NCBI GenBank assembly: GCA_949289565.1
Contig: CASEOO010000030.1
Coordinates: 145,813 to 209,812 of the forward strand
Length of the DNA stretch: 64,000 nt
Reading direction: 5' to 3'
DNA from: an uncultured Bacteroidales bacterium
Lineage (GTDB): Bacteria > Bacteroidota > Bacteroidia > Bacteroidales > UBA932
Positions within the stretch are counted from its first letter, which is position 1; each line of letters begins with the position of its first letter. Below, in pieces: positions 9,957 through 19,273 of the stretch. The notes beneath the pieces are model-generated. The model was not told the DNA's origin. It saw nothing but the letters and a program-made list of their open reading frames with translations, and did not search any database. Made by a program: the position numbers and the translations under genes.

Positions 9957-10049
9957 AAAATATAATTGCACCGACGGTGCAATAAATAATGGGAAATATA
10001 ATTGCACCGGAACGGGTGCTTGAATAGAAAACAATTAAAATCAATACTT

Positions 10050-11171
10050 ATGGAAAAGAAACTAGACATCATTCCTTTGAAAGAATGGAACTTGTTCAAT
10101 CTGTTCAATGACAAGAAGCCGCTGATGATAGCCGGCCCATGCAGCGCAGAGTCTGAAATCCAGATCATGGAGACTGCCCGCGGGCTCAAATCTCTCGGGA
10201 TAAGTGTGTTCCGTGCCGGCATATGGAAACCACGTACTCATCCTAATACATTCGAAGGTGTAGGGACTCCGGGCCTGAAGTGGATGCAGAGGGTGAAGAA
10301 CGAACTCGGGATGAAAATATGCACTGAGGTGGCAAGCGAGAAACATATCTTCGACTGCATCAAGTTCGGGGTGGATATGGTCTGGATAGGGGCCAGAACT
10401 ACGGCCAATCCTTTTCTGGTGCAGGAAATAGCTGACGCATTGAAAGATACAGACATACCTGTGCTGGTGAAGAATCCTGTGAATCCGGATATCGACCTGT
10501 GGATAGGCGCTCTGGAGAGGCTGAACCAGGCCGGAGTGAAGAAACTTGGGGTCATACACAGGGGCTTCTCGACATCAGAGAAGATTCCTTACAGGAACAG
10601 GCCTGACTGGCAGATAGCCATAGAGCTCAGGACGCGCTATCCGGAGCTGCCGTTCTTCTGCGACCCGAGCCATATGGGCGGGGCGAAACAGTATCTCCAG
10701 GATATTTCGCAGACTTCTCTTGACCTGGGGCTCGACGGCCTGATGATAGAGTCTCATTGCGACCCTACATGTGCATTGAGCGATGCGAAGCAGCAGCTCA
10801 CCCCTGCTGAACTCGGGGATCTCCTGTCGAAGCTCGTGGTGAGGGAGAGTGATTCTGACAGTCCGGAGTACAAGGAGAATATTCACCAGCTCAGGGCCAA
10901 GATAGACGTGCTGGATGACAGCCTGCTCTATCTGCTCGGCTCCAGGATGAATATCAGCCGGCAGATCGGTGAATACAAGAAGAGCAACAATATCGCTATT
11001 CTTCAGACAGGCCGCTGGGATGAACTTCTGGCAAAGGCTATAGAAAAGGGCGAGTCGCTCGGGCTTCCGGCGAAATTCGTTTCAGCAGTCTTCAATGCCA
11101 TTCACGAGGCTTCAGTGCAGGTGCAGAACGATATCCTCACAGGAGATTCTTCAGAAGAGTCCGGAAAATAG
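10050..11171 (+). CDS. Bifunctional DAHP synthase / chorismate mutase type II
   Basis: IAGPCSAE, GIWKPRT, WIGART, DPSHMGG, GLMIESH; C-terminal CM domain LRAKIDVLD...R; ATG at 10050 preferred over TTG at 10002. Confidence 0.92.
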   Translation: MEKKLDIIPLKEWNLFNLFNDKKPLMIAGPCSAESEIQIMETARGLKSLGISVFRAGIWKPRTHPNTFEGVGTPGLKWMQRVKNELGMKICTEVASEKHIFDCIKFGVDMVWIGARTTANPFLVQEIADALKDTDIPVLVKNPVNPDIDLWIGALERLNQAGVKKLGVIHRGFSTSEKIPYRNRPDWQIAIELRTRYPELPFFCDPSHMGGAKQYLQDISQTSLDLGLDGLMIESHCDPTCALSDAKQQLTPAELGDLLSKLVVRESDSDSPEYKENIHQLRAKIDVLDDSLLYLLGSRMNISRQIGEYKKSNNIAILQTGRWDELLAKAIEKGESLGLPAKFVSAVFNAIHEASVQVQNDILTGDSSEESGK

Positions 11172-12264
11172 CTGATTCCTGCTCGGTCAGGAAAACGGCT
11201 TCAATAGGTATCTGGAACATCCGCTTGCGGAGATTTCCGGGTACCTCTTTCATTTCGCGCAGCCTCTGTGCGTCCTTTTCAGTAGTGGCAATCAGGGCAG
11301 TGGGCTCGTTTTCTGCGGCCAAGCCTATTTTCCGGATGTCGCTCCATGTGAATTTGTGATGGTCTCCGAAGGCCAGATGCCTGGCTACCTTGTATTTCCC
11401 TGCCAGATATGATTTCAAAGGAGAGTCATTGGCGATGCCTGTGAACAGCACAGCGCGTTTTGAATAAATGTAATGGGCGTCTCCGTCAGGGAAGACAGGG
11501 GAGGCATCGCAATACTTTATAGTGGAGAACAAGACGGTCTGTTCCCTGCCCGCCTTGCTGATCCCCTGCATGGTCTCAGTGTCGAAATCAGAGATTCCCA
11601 TTGCGCTGATCCATTTGAATTTTTCCAGCTCGTCGATGAATGAAGGGCACTTGGTGACGATGAGTACATCTGCTGCCTGCATACGTTCGCGCAGGTCTCT
11701 CAGCCTTCCTATCGGAAGCAGGTGATCTGTCATGACCGGCCTGCCGTAGTCGATCAGCAGGATGGACAGGTTTGCTTTCAGAGATCTGTGCTGGAAAGCA
11801 TCGTCCAGGATTATAAGGTCTGCCGGGAGAAACTCCTTGTTCAGGCATTTGCGGCCCTTTTTGGAAGTCTTCAGCTTTTCAGGATGGCACAGGAAGCTGC
11901 ACCCTTCGACTCTGTCGGCATCCACAGCCACGGTTACAGCTGGAAACTTGGCCTTTATCTGAAGAGGCTCATCTCCGGAGAATGAAGATGTGCTGTCTGT
12001 CATCACCTGCTGGAAGCCTTTGCTGCGTCTTCCGTAGCCTCTGGAAAGGACTGCAAGATGCTTCCCTTCGGCTTCTTCCATGGAAAGCAATGTCCTTGCT
12101 GTCAGTTCAGTGTGAGGCGTCTTCCCTGTGCCTCCCACTGTGATGTTCCCTATGCAGATGGACGGTACATCCGCCCTGACGGATTTCCTGATTCCTTTGT
12201 CATACAGGAAGTGCCTGAGTTTCAGCACCAGATAATATGGAGCAAGTAATATTTTGTCTATCAT
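11137..12264 (-). CDS. lpxK: Tetraacyldisaccharide 4'-kinase
   Basis: GNITVGGTGKTP, LSRGYGR, GDEPLQ, LDDAFQHR, LLPIGRLR, FGDHH, TTEKDA. Confidence 0.95.
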   Translation of the reverse strand: MIDKILLAPYYLVLKLRHFLYDKGIRKSVRADVPSICIGNITVGGTGKTPHTELTARTLLSMEEAEGKHLAVLSRGYGRRSKGFQQVMTDSTSSFSGDEPLQIKAKFPAVTVAVDADRVEGCSFLCHPEKLKTSKKGRKCLNKEFLPADLIILDDAFQHRSLKANLSILLIDYGRPVMTDHLLPIGRLRDLRERMQAADVLIVTKCPSFIDELEKFKWISAMGISDFDTETMQGISKAGREQTVLFSTIKYCDASPVFPDGDAHYIYSKRAVLFTGIANDSPLKSYLAGKYKVARHLAFGDHHKFTWSDIRKIGLAAENEPTALIATTEKDAQRLREMKEVPGNLRKRMFQIPIEAVFLTEQESAIFRTLLKNLL

Positions 12265-12278
12265 ACTCTGTCTTTTGT

Positions 12279-13346
12279 TCAGATAGTTTCAGGTTTAGAT
12301 TCGTTCCGTTCCGGAAAAGTCTCGCATTGGCTGGCAGGTGGCTCAGCTTCTCCCCAGCGTTCCGCCACATAGTCGAGAGTCCTGTACAGCTCATCCGGGT
12401 CATACAGAGTCACCAGCTTCAGCCTTGTCTCCTTGAAGTCCGGCAGCCCCTTGAAATAAGCTGACAGGTGGCGTCTCATTTCGAGAACGCCGACTTTTTC
12501 GCCTTTCACCTCTATGGATTTGGCCAGATGCCTTTTCGCGAGCGCCGCTCGTTCGTTTACGCTCATGGGAGGAAGGAGTTCCCCGGTGTCCAGAAAATGC
12601 CTTATTTCCCTGAACAGCCACGGATGTCCGTATGTCGCGCGGCCTATCATGATGGCGTCCACCCCGTATCTGTCGAAATATTCTTTCGCTTTCTGCGGAG
12701 AGTCTATGTCCCCGTTTCCTATGATGGGAATGTGCATCCTCGGGTTTTCTTTCACTTTCCCGATCAGAGTCCAGTCAGCCTCTCCCTTGTACATCTGGCA
12801 CCGCGTCCTGCCGTGTATGGTCAGCGCCTGTATCCCGGCATCCTGCAGCCTTTCGGCCAATTCCACTATGATCTTCGAGTCTTCGTCCCATCCGAGCCTG
12901 GTTTTCACAGTTACCGGCAGCTTTACCGCGTCCACGACCATTTTCGTGATCTGCACCATCTTGTCAGGCTCCTTCATCATTCCTGAGCCCGCCCCGCGGC
13001 GGGCAATTTTGTTGACCGGGCATCCGAAGTTGATGTCTATCAGGTCTGCCCCGTGGCCGCCTACGAGCTGCACGGCATTCTCGGCCATTTTCGCCGCGTC
13101 CACCATGGCTTCCGGAATATTCCCGTAGATCTGTATGCCTATCGGGGCTTCATAGTCATGCGTAACCATTTTTGCCAGGGACTTTTTCGCATCACGGATG
13201 AGTCCGTCGGACGATACGAATTCAGTGTACATCATATCAGCCCCGAATTCCTTGCACACGAAACGGAACGACGCATCAGTCACATCCTCCATCGGCGCCA
13301 GAAAAAGCGGCCTGTCTTTGAACTCAATATTTCCGATATTCATCAT
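12279..13346 (-). CDS. dusB: tRNA-dihydrouridine synthase B
   Basis: LAPMEDVTD, DINFGCP, VTVKTRLGWD, IHGRTR.QMY.G.ADW, IGNGDI, MIGRA. Confidence 0.93.
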   Translation of the reverse strand: MMNIGNIEFKDRPLFLAPMEDVTDASFRFVCKEFGADMMYTEFVSSDGLIRDAKKSLAKMVTHDYEAPIGIQIYGNIPEAMVDAAKMAENAVQLVGGHGADLIDINFGCPVNKIARRGAGSGMMKEPDKMVQITKMVVDAVKLPVTVKTRLGWDEDSKIIVELAERLQDAGIQALTIHGRTRCQMYKGEADWTLIGKVKENPRMHIPIIGNGDIDSPQKAKEYFDRYGVDAIMIGRATYGHPWLFREIRHFLDTGELLPPMSVNERAALAKRHLAKSIEVKGEKVGVLEMRRHLSAYFKGLPDFKETRLKLVTLYDPDELYRTLDYVAERWGEAEPPASQCETFPERNESKPETI

Positions 13347-13423
13347 TGTCTGTCCTGTTTTTCAGTCTCGGTCATCTGCCTGGGGCCAAAATGGCGGAGT
13401 GTCTGCGTCCGTAGTGCAGCTTG

Positions 13424-14758
13424 CTATAAGTTGAATTCCTTTTTTATGGTGTCGACCGAATCGAGAAGCTCCCATCCGAAGAACTGCGCTATTTCCTGAG
13501 TTTTGACGCCTCCCCGGTACACTTCGACGAATTCCTGGTAAGGTTTTCTGCCGACATGGCCGTATGCTGCGGCAGGTTCGTAAATAGGTTTCTTGAGCTG
13601 GAACTTTTCGATGATCTTGGCAGGTCTCAGGTCGAAGAGCTTGCCGATGCGTTCAGCTATATAAGAGTCGCTGTACTGCTTTCCTGAAGGATCCTTCGCC
13701 GCCGTTCCGTAAGTGTTTACATAGATGCTGACAGGCTCTGCCACGCCTATGGCATATGCCAGCTGCACCAGCATTTCATGCGCAAGGCCTGCCGCCACCA
13801 TGTTTTTCGCTATGTACCTGGCTGCATAGGCTGCGGAACGGTCTACTTTCGAAGGGTCTTTCCCGGAGAAAGCCCCGCCTCCGTGTGCTCCCTTTCCTCC
13901 GTATGTATCCACTATGATTTTCCTTCCGGTCAGTCCGGTGTCCCCGTGCGGTCCGCCTATTACGAATTTCCCTGTAGGGTTGACATGGAGGATATACCCG
14001 TCTTTGAACAGGGCCGCTGTCTCTTCGGGAAGTTCAGCTATCAGTTCCGGAATCAGTATTTCCTGCACGTCCTTGCGGATTTTCGCCTGCATTGCCGCGT
14101 CCACACGCTTCTGTCCGTATTGGTCGCAGGCCTCCTTGTAGCTCATATTGCCGAGCTCTGCCGGCACGAACTCGTCATGCTGAGTGGAGATGACTATAGT
14201 ATGGACTTTTATCGGACGGTGCGTGGTGTCATCGTATTCAATGGTGAACTGCGACTTGGAATCCGGCCTCAGATATGGCATCAGTTCCGGAGTTTCTTTT
14301 CTGATTCTGGCGAGGATCATCAGAGCCTTGTGAGCCAAGGCCAGAGGCAGAGGCATGTATTCTGCCGTGTCGTCGCAGGCATAGCCGAACATCATTCCCT
14401 GGTCTCCTGCTCCCTGCTCGTCTGCATTTTCAGTCACTACTCCGCGGTTTATATCCTGAGACTGCTCGTGTATGGCGGAGATCACGCCGCAGGAGTTCCC
14501 GTCGAACATGTATTCAGCCTTGTTGTATCCTATTCTGTTGATTACTTTTCTTACTACGCTCTGGATATCCACATATGCGTCATTAGAGCTGACTTCACCT
14601 CCTACTACGACCAGCCCGGTGCTGCAGAATGTCTCGCATGCCACCTTGGCTTCCGGGTCCTGGCGGAGAAACTCATCGAGTATGGCGTCGGATATCTGGT
14701 CCGAAACCTTGTCCGGATGTCCCTCTGACACCGATTCTGAAGTAAATAAATATGCCAT
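13424..14758 (-). CDS. metK: S-adenosylmethionine synthetase
   Basis: [54 protein letters not shown]. Confidence 0.98.
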   Translation of the reverse strand: MAYLFTSESVSEGHPDKVSDQISDAILDEFLRQDPEAKVACETFCSTGLVVVGGEVSSNDAYVDIQSVVRKVINRIGYNKAEYMFDGNSCGVISAIHEQSQDINRGVVTENADEQGAGDQGMMFGYACDDTAEYMPLPLALAHKALMILARIRKETPELMPYLRPDSKSQFTIEYDDTTHRPIKVHTIVISTQHDEFVPAELGNMSYKEACDQYGQKRVDAAMQAKIRKDVQEILIPELIAELPEETAALFKDGYILHVNPTGKFVIGGPHGDTGLTGRKIIVDTYGGKGAHGGGAFSGKDPSKVDRSAAYAARYIAKNMVAAGLAHEMLVQLAYAIGVAEPVSIYVNTYGTAAKDPSGKQYSDSYIAERIGKLFDLRPAKIIEKFQLKKPIYEPAAAYGHVGRKPYQEFVEVYRGGVKTQEIAQFFGWELLDSVDTIKKEFNL

Positions 14759-14839
14759 TCCTTCTCTGTTTAATAAAGTTTATATTCTTTATGCCGCTTT
14801 TCTCATGCACCGCCCTGCTGCCGGCACTCGTCCGGGCAC

Positions 14840-14867
14840 AAAAAAAGCTCCTTCAGAAATGAGGAGC
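14840..14867 (-). terminator. Intrinsic terminator in the metK leader
   Basis: Minus strand GCTCCT-CATTTCTGA-AGGAGC followed by TTTTTTT, between the riboswitch and the metK start. Confidence 0.75.
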
Positions 14868-14915
14868 ACAAACCATATCTAAAAATTGAGATGCACGCAT
14901 TGCGTGCAATGTCAT
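14853..14915 (-). CDS. Putative leader uORF MTLHAMRASQFLDMVCAPHF
   Basis: ATG immediately follows the riboswitch 3' strand (GCTAAA-ATG); 20 codons; TGA falls inside the terminator hairpin. Confidence 0.5.
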   Translation of the reverse strand: MTLHAMRASQFLDMVCAPHF

Positions 14916-14961
14916 TTTAGCATTTTTTTTGTGTGGTTGCAAGCAGCCAAATCTCTCCACA
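14912..14961 (-). ncRNA. SAM-II-type riboswitch (Bacteroidetes long-loop variant) upstream of metK
   Basis: Minus strand TGTGGAGAGATTTGGCTGCTTGCAACCACAC-A-rich-TGCTAAAA: P1 TGTGG/CCACA, GATTT..TTGCAA core, pseudoknot TTTGGC/GCTAAA; TATATTTG promoter at 14978-14985; upstream of SAM synthetase. Confidence 0.82.
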
Positions 14962-15037
14962 TTCCTGTTTTCGGCTGCAAATATAGTCAATTTTGTGTTT
15001 TTTCAAAAGATTTTATGCGGAAAGCCATGTCAAAAAC

Positions 15038-15069
15038 AAAAAAGGCCGGTCCGAAATTCCGGACCGGCT
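15038..15069 (-). terminator. Intrinsic terminator after the TonB-dependent receptor
   Basis: GCCGGTCCG/CGGACCGGC stem with a T-run on the minus strand. Confidence 0.75.
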
Positions 15070-15092
15070 GACTATAGAGTATGGATAAAATC

Positions 15093-18000
15093 CTAGAAGA
15101 AGTAACGTACGCTCAGGAGCATGTTCCAAGTGTTGTAAGTGTTGGCATATTTGCTCCACTCGCGAGGGGTGTATGTGTAAGTCTGAGAAGACGCATCGTA
15201 AGTAAGAACCCTGTCTGAGTTTACTCTGTCAGTCAGACCCCAGTTCCTGTTCAGGAGGTTGGCTACGTTGTTGATGTCGAGACCTACCTGTATGGTATGG
15301 ATCTGGTCGGCAACGGAGAAGTTGAAGTCCTGAGTGAACTTGAAGTTGAAGCGGCTCTGCCATGGAGCGGCTACGGCACCTCTCTTCATATACTCGCCTC
15401 TGTGCTTGCTGAGATATTTGTCGCTTGCTATGAATTCAGCGAAAGCTTCCTTGTTCGCAGCGTCAGCGAATGTCATATTTGCCAGGTCAGCTTCAGTAGG
15501 GATGTAAATCATCTGCTGGGCACCGTAATCATCGGCAAGTGCATATCCTGACGGATTGGAAATAGTGTAGGAAAGACGTGAATATGAGTAGTTTCCTACG
15601 AAGCAGAGGTTGTATCCCTCATAGAAGAGACTGAATGTGGACCTTCCCCATCTGCCTTCATTTATGCTGTAGCTGATGTTGGCGATGAATCTGTGAGGCG
15701 GAACGAATCCTGAGTATCCGAGTTCTGCCACGTTTGAACCGTCCTTGCCGTAGTTCATGGCGCTGTAGGCTGATGATACCTGGTCTCCCCAGCCTTCTCC
15801 GAGAGTCTGAGAATCACTGTAAGTGTAGGCTGCCATGGCTGATAGTCCGAAGTGAAAGTCTTTCTGCAGCTGGGCTGTGAATGAAGCGTAGTATCCGTTT
15901 ACATCGCTGTTGGTCAGATAGTAAGGGTACATTGTACCGTCTTGGGAGTTCTTGATGCCTTCGCTGGTCCAGTGCGCTCTGGTTTCAGGCTCGCCAGGAA
16001 GCTGCATTCCGCCTTCGTCCATGGTATAGCCGAGACGGTATGTCTTGACAGAAGTCAGGTCCTTGCTGTAGATACCTTCGAGGGTAGCCTTGATGCCGCC
16101 AGGAAGCTTGGCATCGAGGGCGAGAGATGATTTCCATGATGAAGGCATCTTCAGGTTCTTGTCCATGATGGTAGGAGAAGTAGGTGCATAAAGATCCTGC
16201 TGCTGGAAAGTGCCTCCGTACAGATCATCGAGAATCTCGTTGACTGAAGTATGGAATGACGGCATAGTCATGTTAGCTCCTTTGTCAGCTATGTACTGGG
16301 CCTGGATGCAGTTGCTGTTGCCGATGGCTGAAACTATCCACACAAACGGAATACGTCCTGTGAAGATACCTGAACCTCCGCGGAGGACGAGTTTCCTGTT
16401 GCTGAGGATATCCCAGTTGAAACCTACGCGAGGCGAGAAGTTTACCTGGGCTTTAGGCATATCGGCTGTAGACAGACCCTTGAATGACTCTGAAGTGGCT
16501 GCCAGCTCGGCAAATTCCTTGTTATAGTTGTTCTTGAGAGCAGGATATACAGGGATTTCCAGACGGAGACCGGCTGTGAGCTTGAAGTTGTCGGCTATGT
16601 TCAGTTCATCCTGCAGGTACAGTGATGTCTGGTTATAGCTGAAGCTCGGATATTCCTGTGTAAGGGAATTGTTGTTCGGATGGGTGATGGCGAATGCTGC
16701 AGGAGTTTCATTATTTACGAAATCATCCCATGAGTTGTAAACGTAATATCCGTTTCCGCCCTGCATATAGCCGTTCTTGGTAAGGTCGTATTCGAACTGT
16801 ACGCCGGCAGTGATGTTGTTGATGCCTTTTACGATGTTTACTTCGTCAGTGAGGGTCACGGTGTGCACATCGCGGAGGTTGCCGTAAGTGAACGGATCCA
16901 GACCGAATGAAGTCAGGACGGTAGCAGTCTCAGGTCCGTTTTCAGCATTGCCGTCGGCATCGATGTATTCGAGAATATCCACTGTAGGGAAGAGGTCTCC
17001 GTCCCATGAACGAGGCTCATACTGATGAGACCAGGTGGCGCGGAACATATTGTTTACGGCACCGTCCAGGAATGATGAATTCAGCTCGGCTGCCAGGGAG
17101 ATGAAGTTCTGCTCCTGATAGTAGTTCGAATTCTTGAATGTCATCGAATAGTCGGAGGTACGGCTGTAGTCGTTCCTGTTATATATTTCTTTCAGCGGGC
17201 TGATGGATGTAGACGGTGATGATGCATATTTGTTCATCGTCTGGCTGTAACGGATGTTCAGTTTGTGGTTGTCGTTGATGTTCCAGTCCACGCGGGCCAT
17301 CAGTTTCCAGTCCGGAGTGCTGAGGTTGTAGCCCTGGTATGGGCCTGTCTCATATCCGTAATTGTCCTTGAGGTATTTTGAAACTTCGTTCAGGAAACCT
17401 TCGGTAGGTCTGTGGTACTGTGTGCTTCCTCCCCAGTCGGCGTTTTCGTCAGGCCTTGCGAGAGCGGAAGTTCCCGGATCCTGGTCGAGCTGGTATTCGA
17501 AGTTCAGGAAGAAGAAAAGCTTGTCCTTTATGATAGGTCCGCCTACTGTAGCGCCGATGGTGTTGTCGAGAGTCTTGTCCAGCACCAGATCGGCCTCTCC
17601 TGCTCTTGTTCCTGTCACGACATCGCTTGTATAGTAGTTATATACTGATGCATGCCACTCGTTGGTACCTCTCTTTGTCACTGCATTCACGGCACCGCCG
17701 GTGAAGCCTGACTGACGTACATCGAACGGAGTGATGCTGATGGACATCTGCTCCAGTGCATCCATGGAAATAGGGGCACCGCCTGCAGGAAGGTTCTGGC
17801 CGATACCGAATGCATTGTTGAATGCAGCACCGTCGACAGTCACGAATGATGAACGGTAGTTACCGCCGCCGATAGCCAGACCATTGGAAGTGGTGGATGA
17901 CTGAGGGGTGAGTTTCAGAATGTCGTTCAGGGCACGTGATGTCGTAGGAAGCGTGTTCATGGTCTTCTGGCTTACCGCCGTACCTGCACCGGCACCCATT

Positions 18001-18392
18001 GCGCTCATGTTTTCATCTACATTGGCAGTGAAGATGGCTGCTTCGAGTCCGAGCGCTTCAACTTCCAGAGTGTTGTTGATGGAGATGGTTTCACCCAGCG
18101 GAGCGTAAACTTCAGTATTTTCGACAGTTCTGTATCCGAGAACTTCTACTTTCACTGTGTAAGGGCCACCAGGAGTGATGTTGTTGATACGGTAGTTGCC
18201 ATTTTTGTCGGTAACGGCCGTGTACTGAGAGCCTGAAGGTGTGTGCACTGCAATGATTGCAGCTCCCTGAACAGGGCCTTCATCGTCAAGAATCTTACCG
18301 CTGATGGCGGAAGTTGTGACCTGGGCATTGACAGTAATGGCGGCAAAAAGCCCCAAAATTGCCATTGCGAATAGTTTAATTGTTTGGTTCAT
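15093..18392 (-). CDS. TonB-dependent receptor, Oar-like, with N-terminal carboxypeptidase-regulatory-like domain
   Basis: Signal peptide, AQVTTSAISGKI, plug VDGA.FNNAFG, PFDVRQSGFTGGAVNAVTK, FSPRVGFNWD, C-terminal VRYFF. Confidence 0.9.
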   Translation of the reverse strand: MNQTIKLFAMAILGLFAAITVNAQVTTSAISGKILDDEGPVQGAAIIAVHTPSGSQYTAVTDKNGNYRINNITPGGPYTVKVEVLGYRTVENTEVYAPLGETISINNTLEVEALGLEAAIFTANVDENMSAMGAGAGTAVSQKTMNTLPTTSRALNDILKLTPQSSTTSNGLAIGGGNYRSSFVTVDGAAFNNAFGIGQNLPAGGAPISMDALEQMSISITPFDVRQSGFTGGAVNAVTKRGTNEWHASVYNYYTSDVVTGTRAGEADLVLDKTLDNTIGATVGGPIIKDKLFFFLNFEYQLDQDPGTSALARPDENADWGGSTQYHRPTEGFLNEVSKYLKDNYGYETGPYQGYNLSTPDWKLMARVDWNINDNHKLNIRYSQTMNKYASSPSTSISPLKEIYNRNDYSRTSDYSMTFKNSNYYQEQNFISLAAELNSSFLDGAVNNMFRATWSHQYEPRSWDGDLFPTVDILEYIDADGNAENGPETATVLTSFGLDPFTYGNLRDVHTVTLTDEVNIVKGINNITAGVQFEYDLTKNGYMQGGNGYYVYNSWDDFVNNETPAAFAITHPNNNSLTQEYPSFSYNQTSLYLQDELNIADNFKLTAGLRLEIPVYPALKNNYNKEFAELAATSESFKGLSTADMPKAQVNFSPRVGFNWDILSNRKLVLRGGSGIFTGRIPFVWIVSAIGNSNCIQAQYIADKGANMTMPSFHTSVNEILDDLYGGTFQQQDLYAPTSPTIMDKNLKMPSSWKSSLALDAKLPGGIKATLEGIYSKDLTSVKTYRLGYTMDEGGMQLPGEPETRAHWTSEGIKNSQDGTMYPYYLTNSDVNGYYASFTAQLQKDFHFGLSAMAAYTYSDSQTLGEGWGDQVSSAYSAMNYGKDGSNVAELGYSGFVPPHRFIANISYSINEGRWGRSTFSLFYEGYNLCFVGNYSYSRLSYTISNPSGYALADDYGAQQMIYIPTEADLANMTFADAANKEAFAEFIASDKYLSKHRGEYMKRGAVAAPWQSRFNFKFTQDFNFSVADQIHTIQVGLDINNVANLLNRNWGLTDRVNSDRVLTYDASSQTYTYTPREWSKYANTYNTWNMLLSVRYFF

Positions 18393-18527
18393 AATAAAAT
18401 AACTATAATATGAATTTATTTCAACGCTGCAAAGATAGTATATTTTAGAAAATTCGAAAGTTGGCTGGGCAATTTGTAATAATTAATTAGTAAAATATCA
18501 GCTATTTTATGTATTTCAGCGTTTAAC

Positions 18528-19143
18528 TGAAAATTTTGAACATAAAAAACAAAAAAACTTAATGTAGAAAAAGAAAAACTTTCAGGCGTGAAATTTTGCC
18601 TGCAGGTTTTTCTTTTTTTATGTATCGGTTCAGAATGCCTTCCATATATTCGCCCTTGTGCTGGCAATCCAGTTGTGGCTGATTGATATACGTTGCGATG
18701 CCGCCACGGCATATGGTCTGCCTGAAGATAGCAGAACTGGAGCTGGCACAATACGATGTCAAACTTTTAATTCATTTAGATATGGCAAACAGTGCAGTAG
18801 AAAGCAGACCTGCCGGCAGCAGGCAGGCTGTCGTGCAGAGGTTCTCTCCAGAGGACAGCATCGTCTCAGAATACACTTTCCGTGAAAAAACCACGATGAT
18901 GATTCCCGATGAGACTATTTTTACTATCTTCGTGGAACTGAACCGCTTCGGGAAGAAACTCGAGGAGTGCGAGACCCTGCTGGACAAGTGGTGTTTCTCG
19001 TTGACGCACATCAGCACCCTGGAGAAGCTTCCCGACGGGCTGAGGACAGTGGCTTTCGAGCGGCCGTTTCAGACATGCGAGATCGCACGGTTTGAGCCAG
19101 AAGTGAAACTTAAGTGCGAGAAGGAGATGATCACGGAACGGGA
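18528..19143 (+). repeat. Direct repeat copy 1 (~0.6 kb; pairs with 20754-21355)
   Basis: Aligns by eye with 20754-21355 from TGAAAAT..TGAACATAAAAAAC to GATCACGGAACGGGA, with scattered substitutions and an 11-bp indel. Confidence 0.93.
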
Positions 19144-19234
19144 TTGCTCCCGATATCCTGATAGGCAACTCCAATCTTTTTACCAAGTCTTGCATTGTAA
19201 TGTCTTGCCATTTATAGATTTTCTGAACTCGTAA
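18683..19234 (+). pseudogene. Truncated Rpn-family (PD-(D/E)XK recombination-promoting nuclease / putative transposase) fragment
   Basis: IFVELNRFGKKLEECETLLDKWCFSL...CEIARF typical of the Rpn middle region; no catalytic N-terminus; diverges into unrelated sequence after MITERD. Confidence 0.7.
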
Positions 19235-19273
19235 AACAGCTGTTCAGATTGTAAATTGACGCAAAGATGGGAT

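Noticed and set aside
11137..11171. Convergent 3' overlaps (DAHP synthase/lpxK, 35 bp; bcp/permease at 54398-54450, 53 bp)
   Set aside because: Short tail overlaps are common in compact genomes and do not by themselves show antisense regulation.
13778..14728. 316-aa ORF antisense to metK, and similar shadow ORFs (19682-20488, 37993-38862, 57098-58060)
   Set aside because: Antisense shadows of conserved genes with no domain signal.
19130..19211. Short minus-strand ORF MARHYNARLGKKIGVAYQDIGS... at the repeat breakpoint
   Set aside because: Could be the start of a truncated gene, but it is too short to identify or support.
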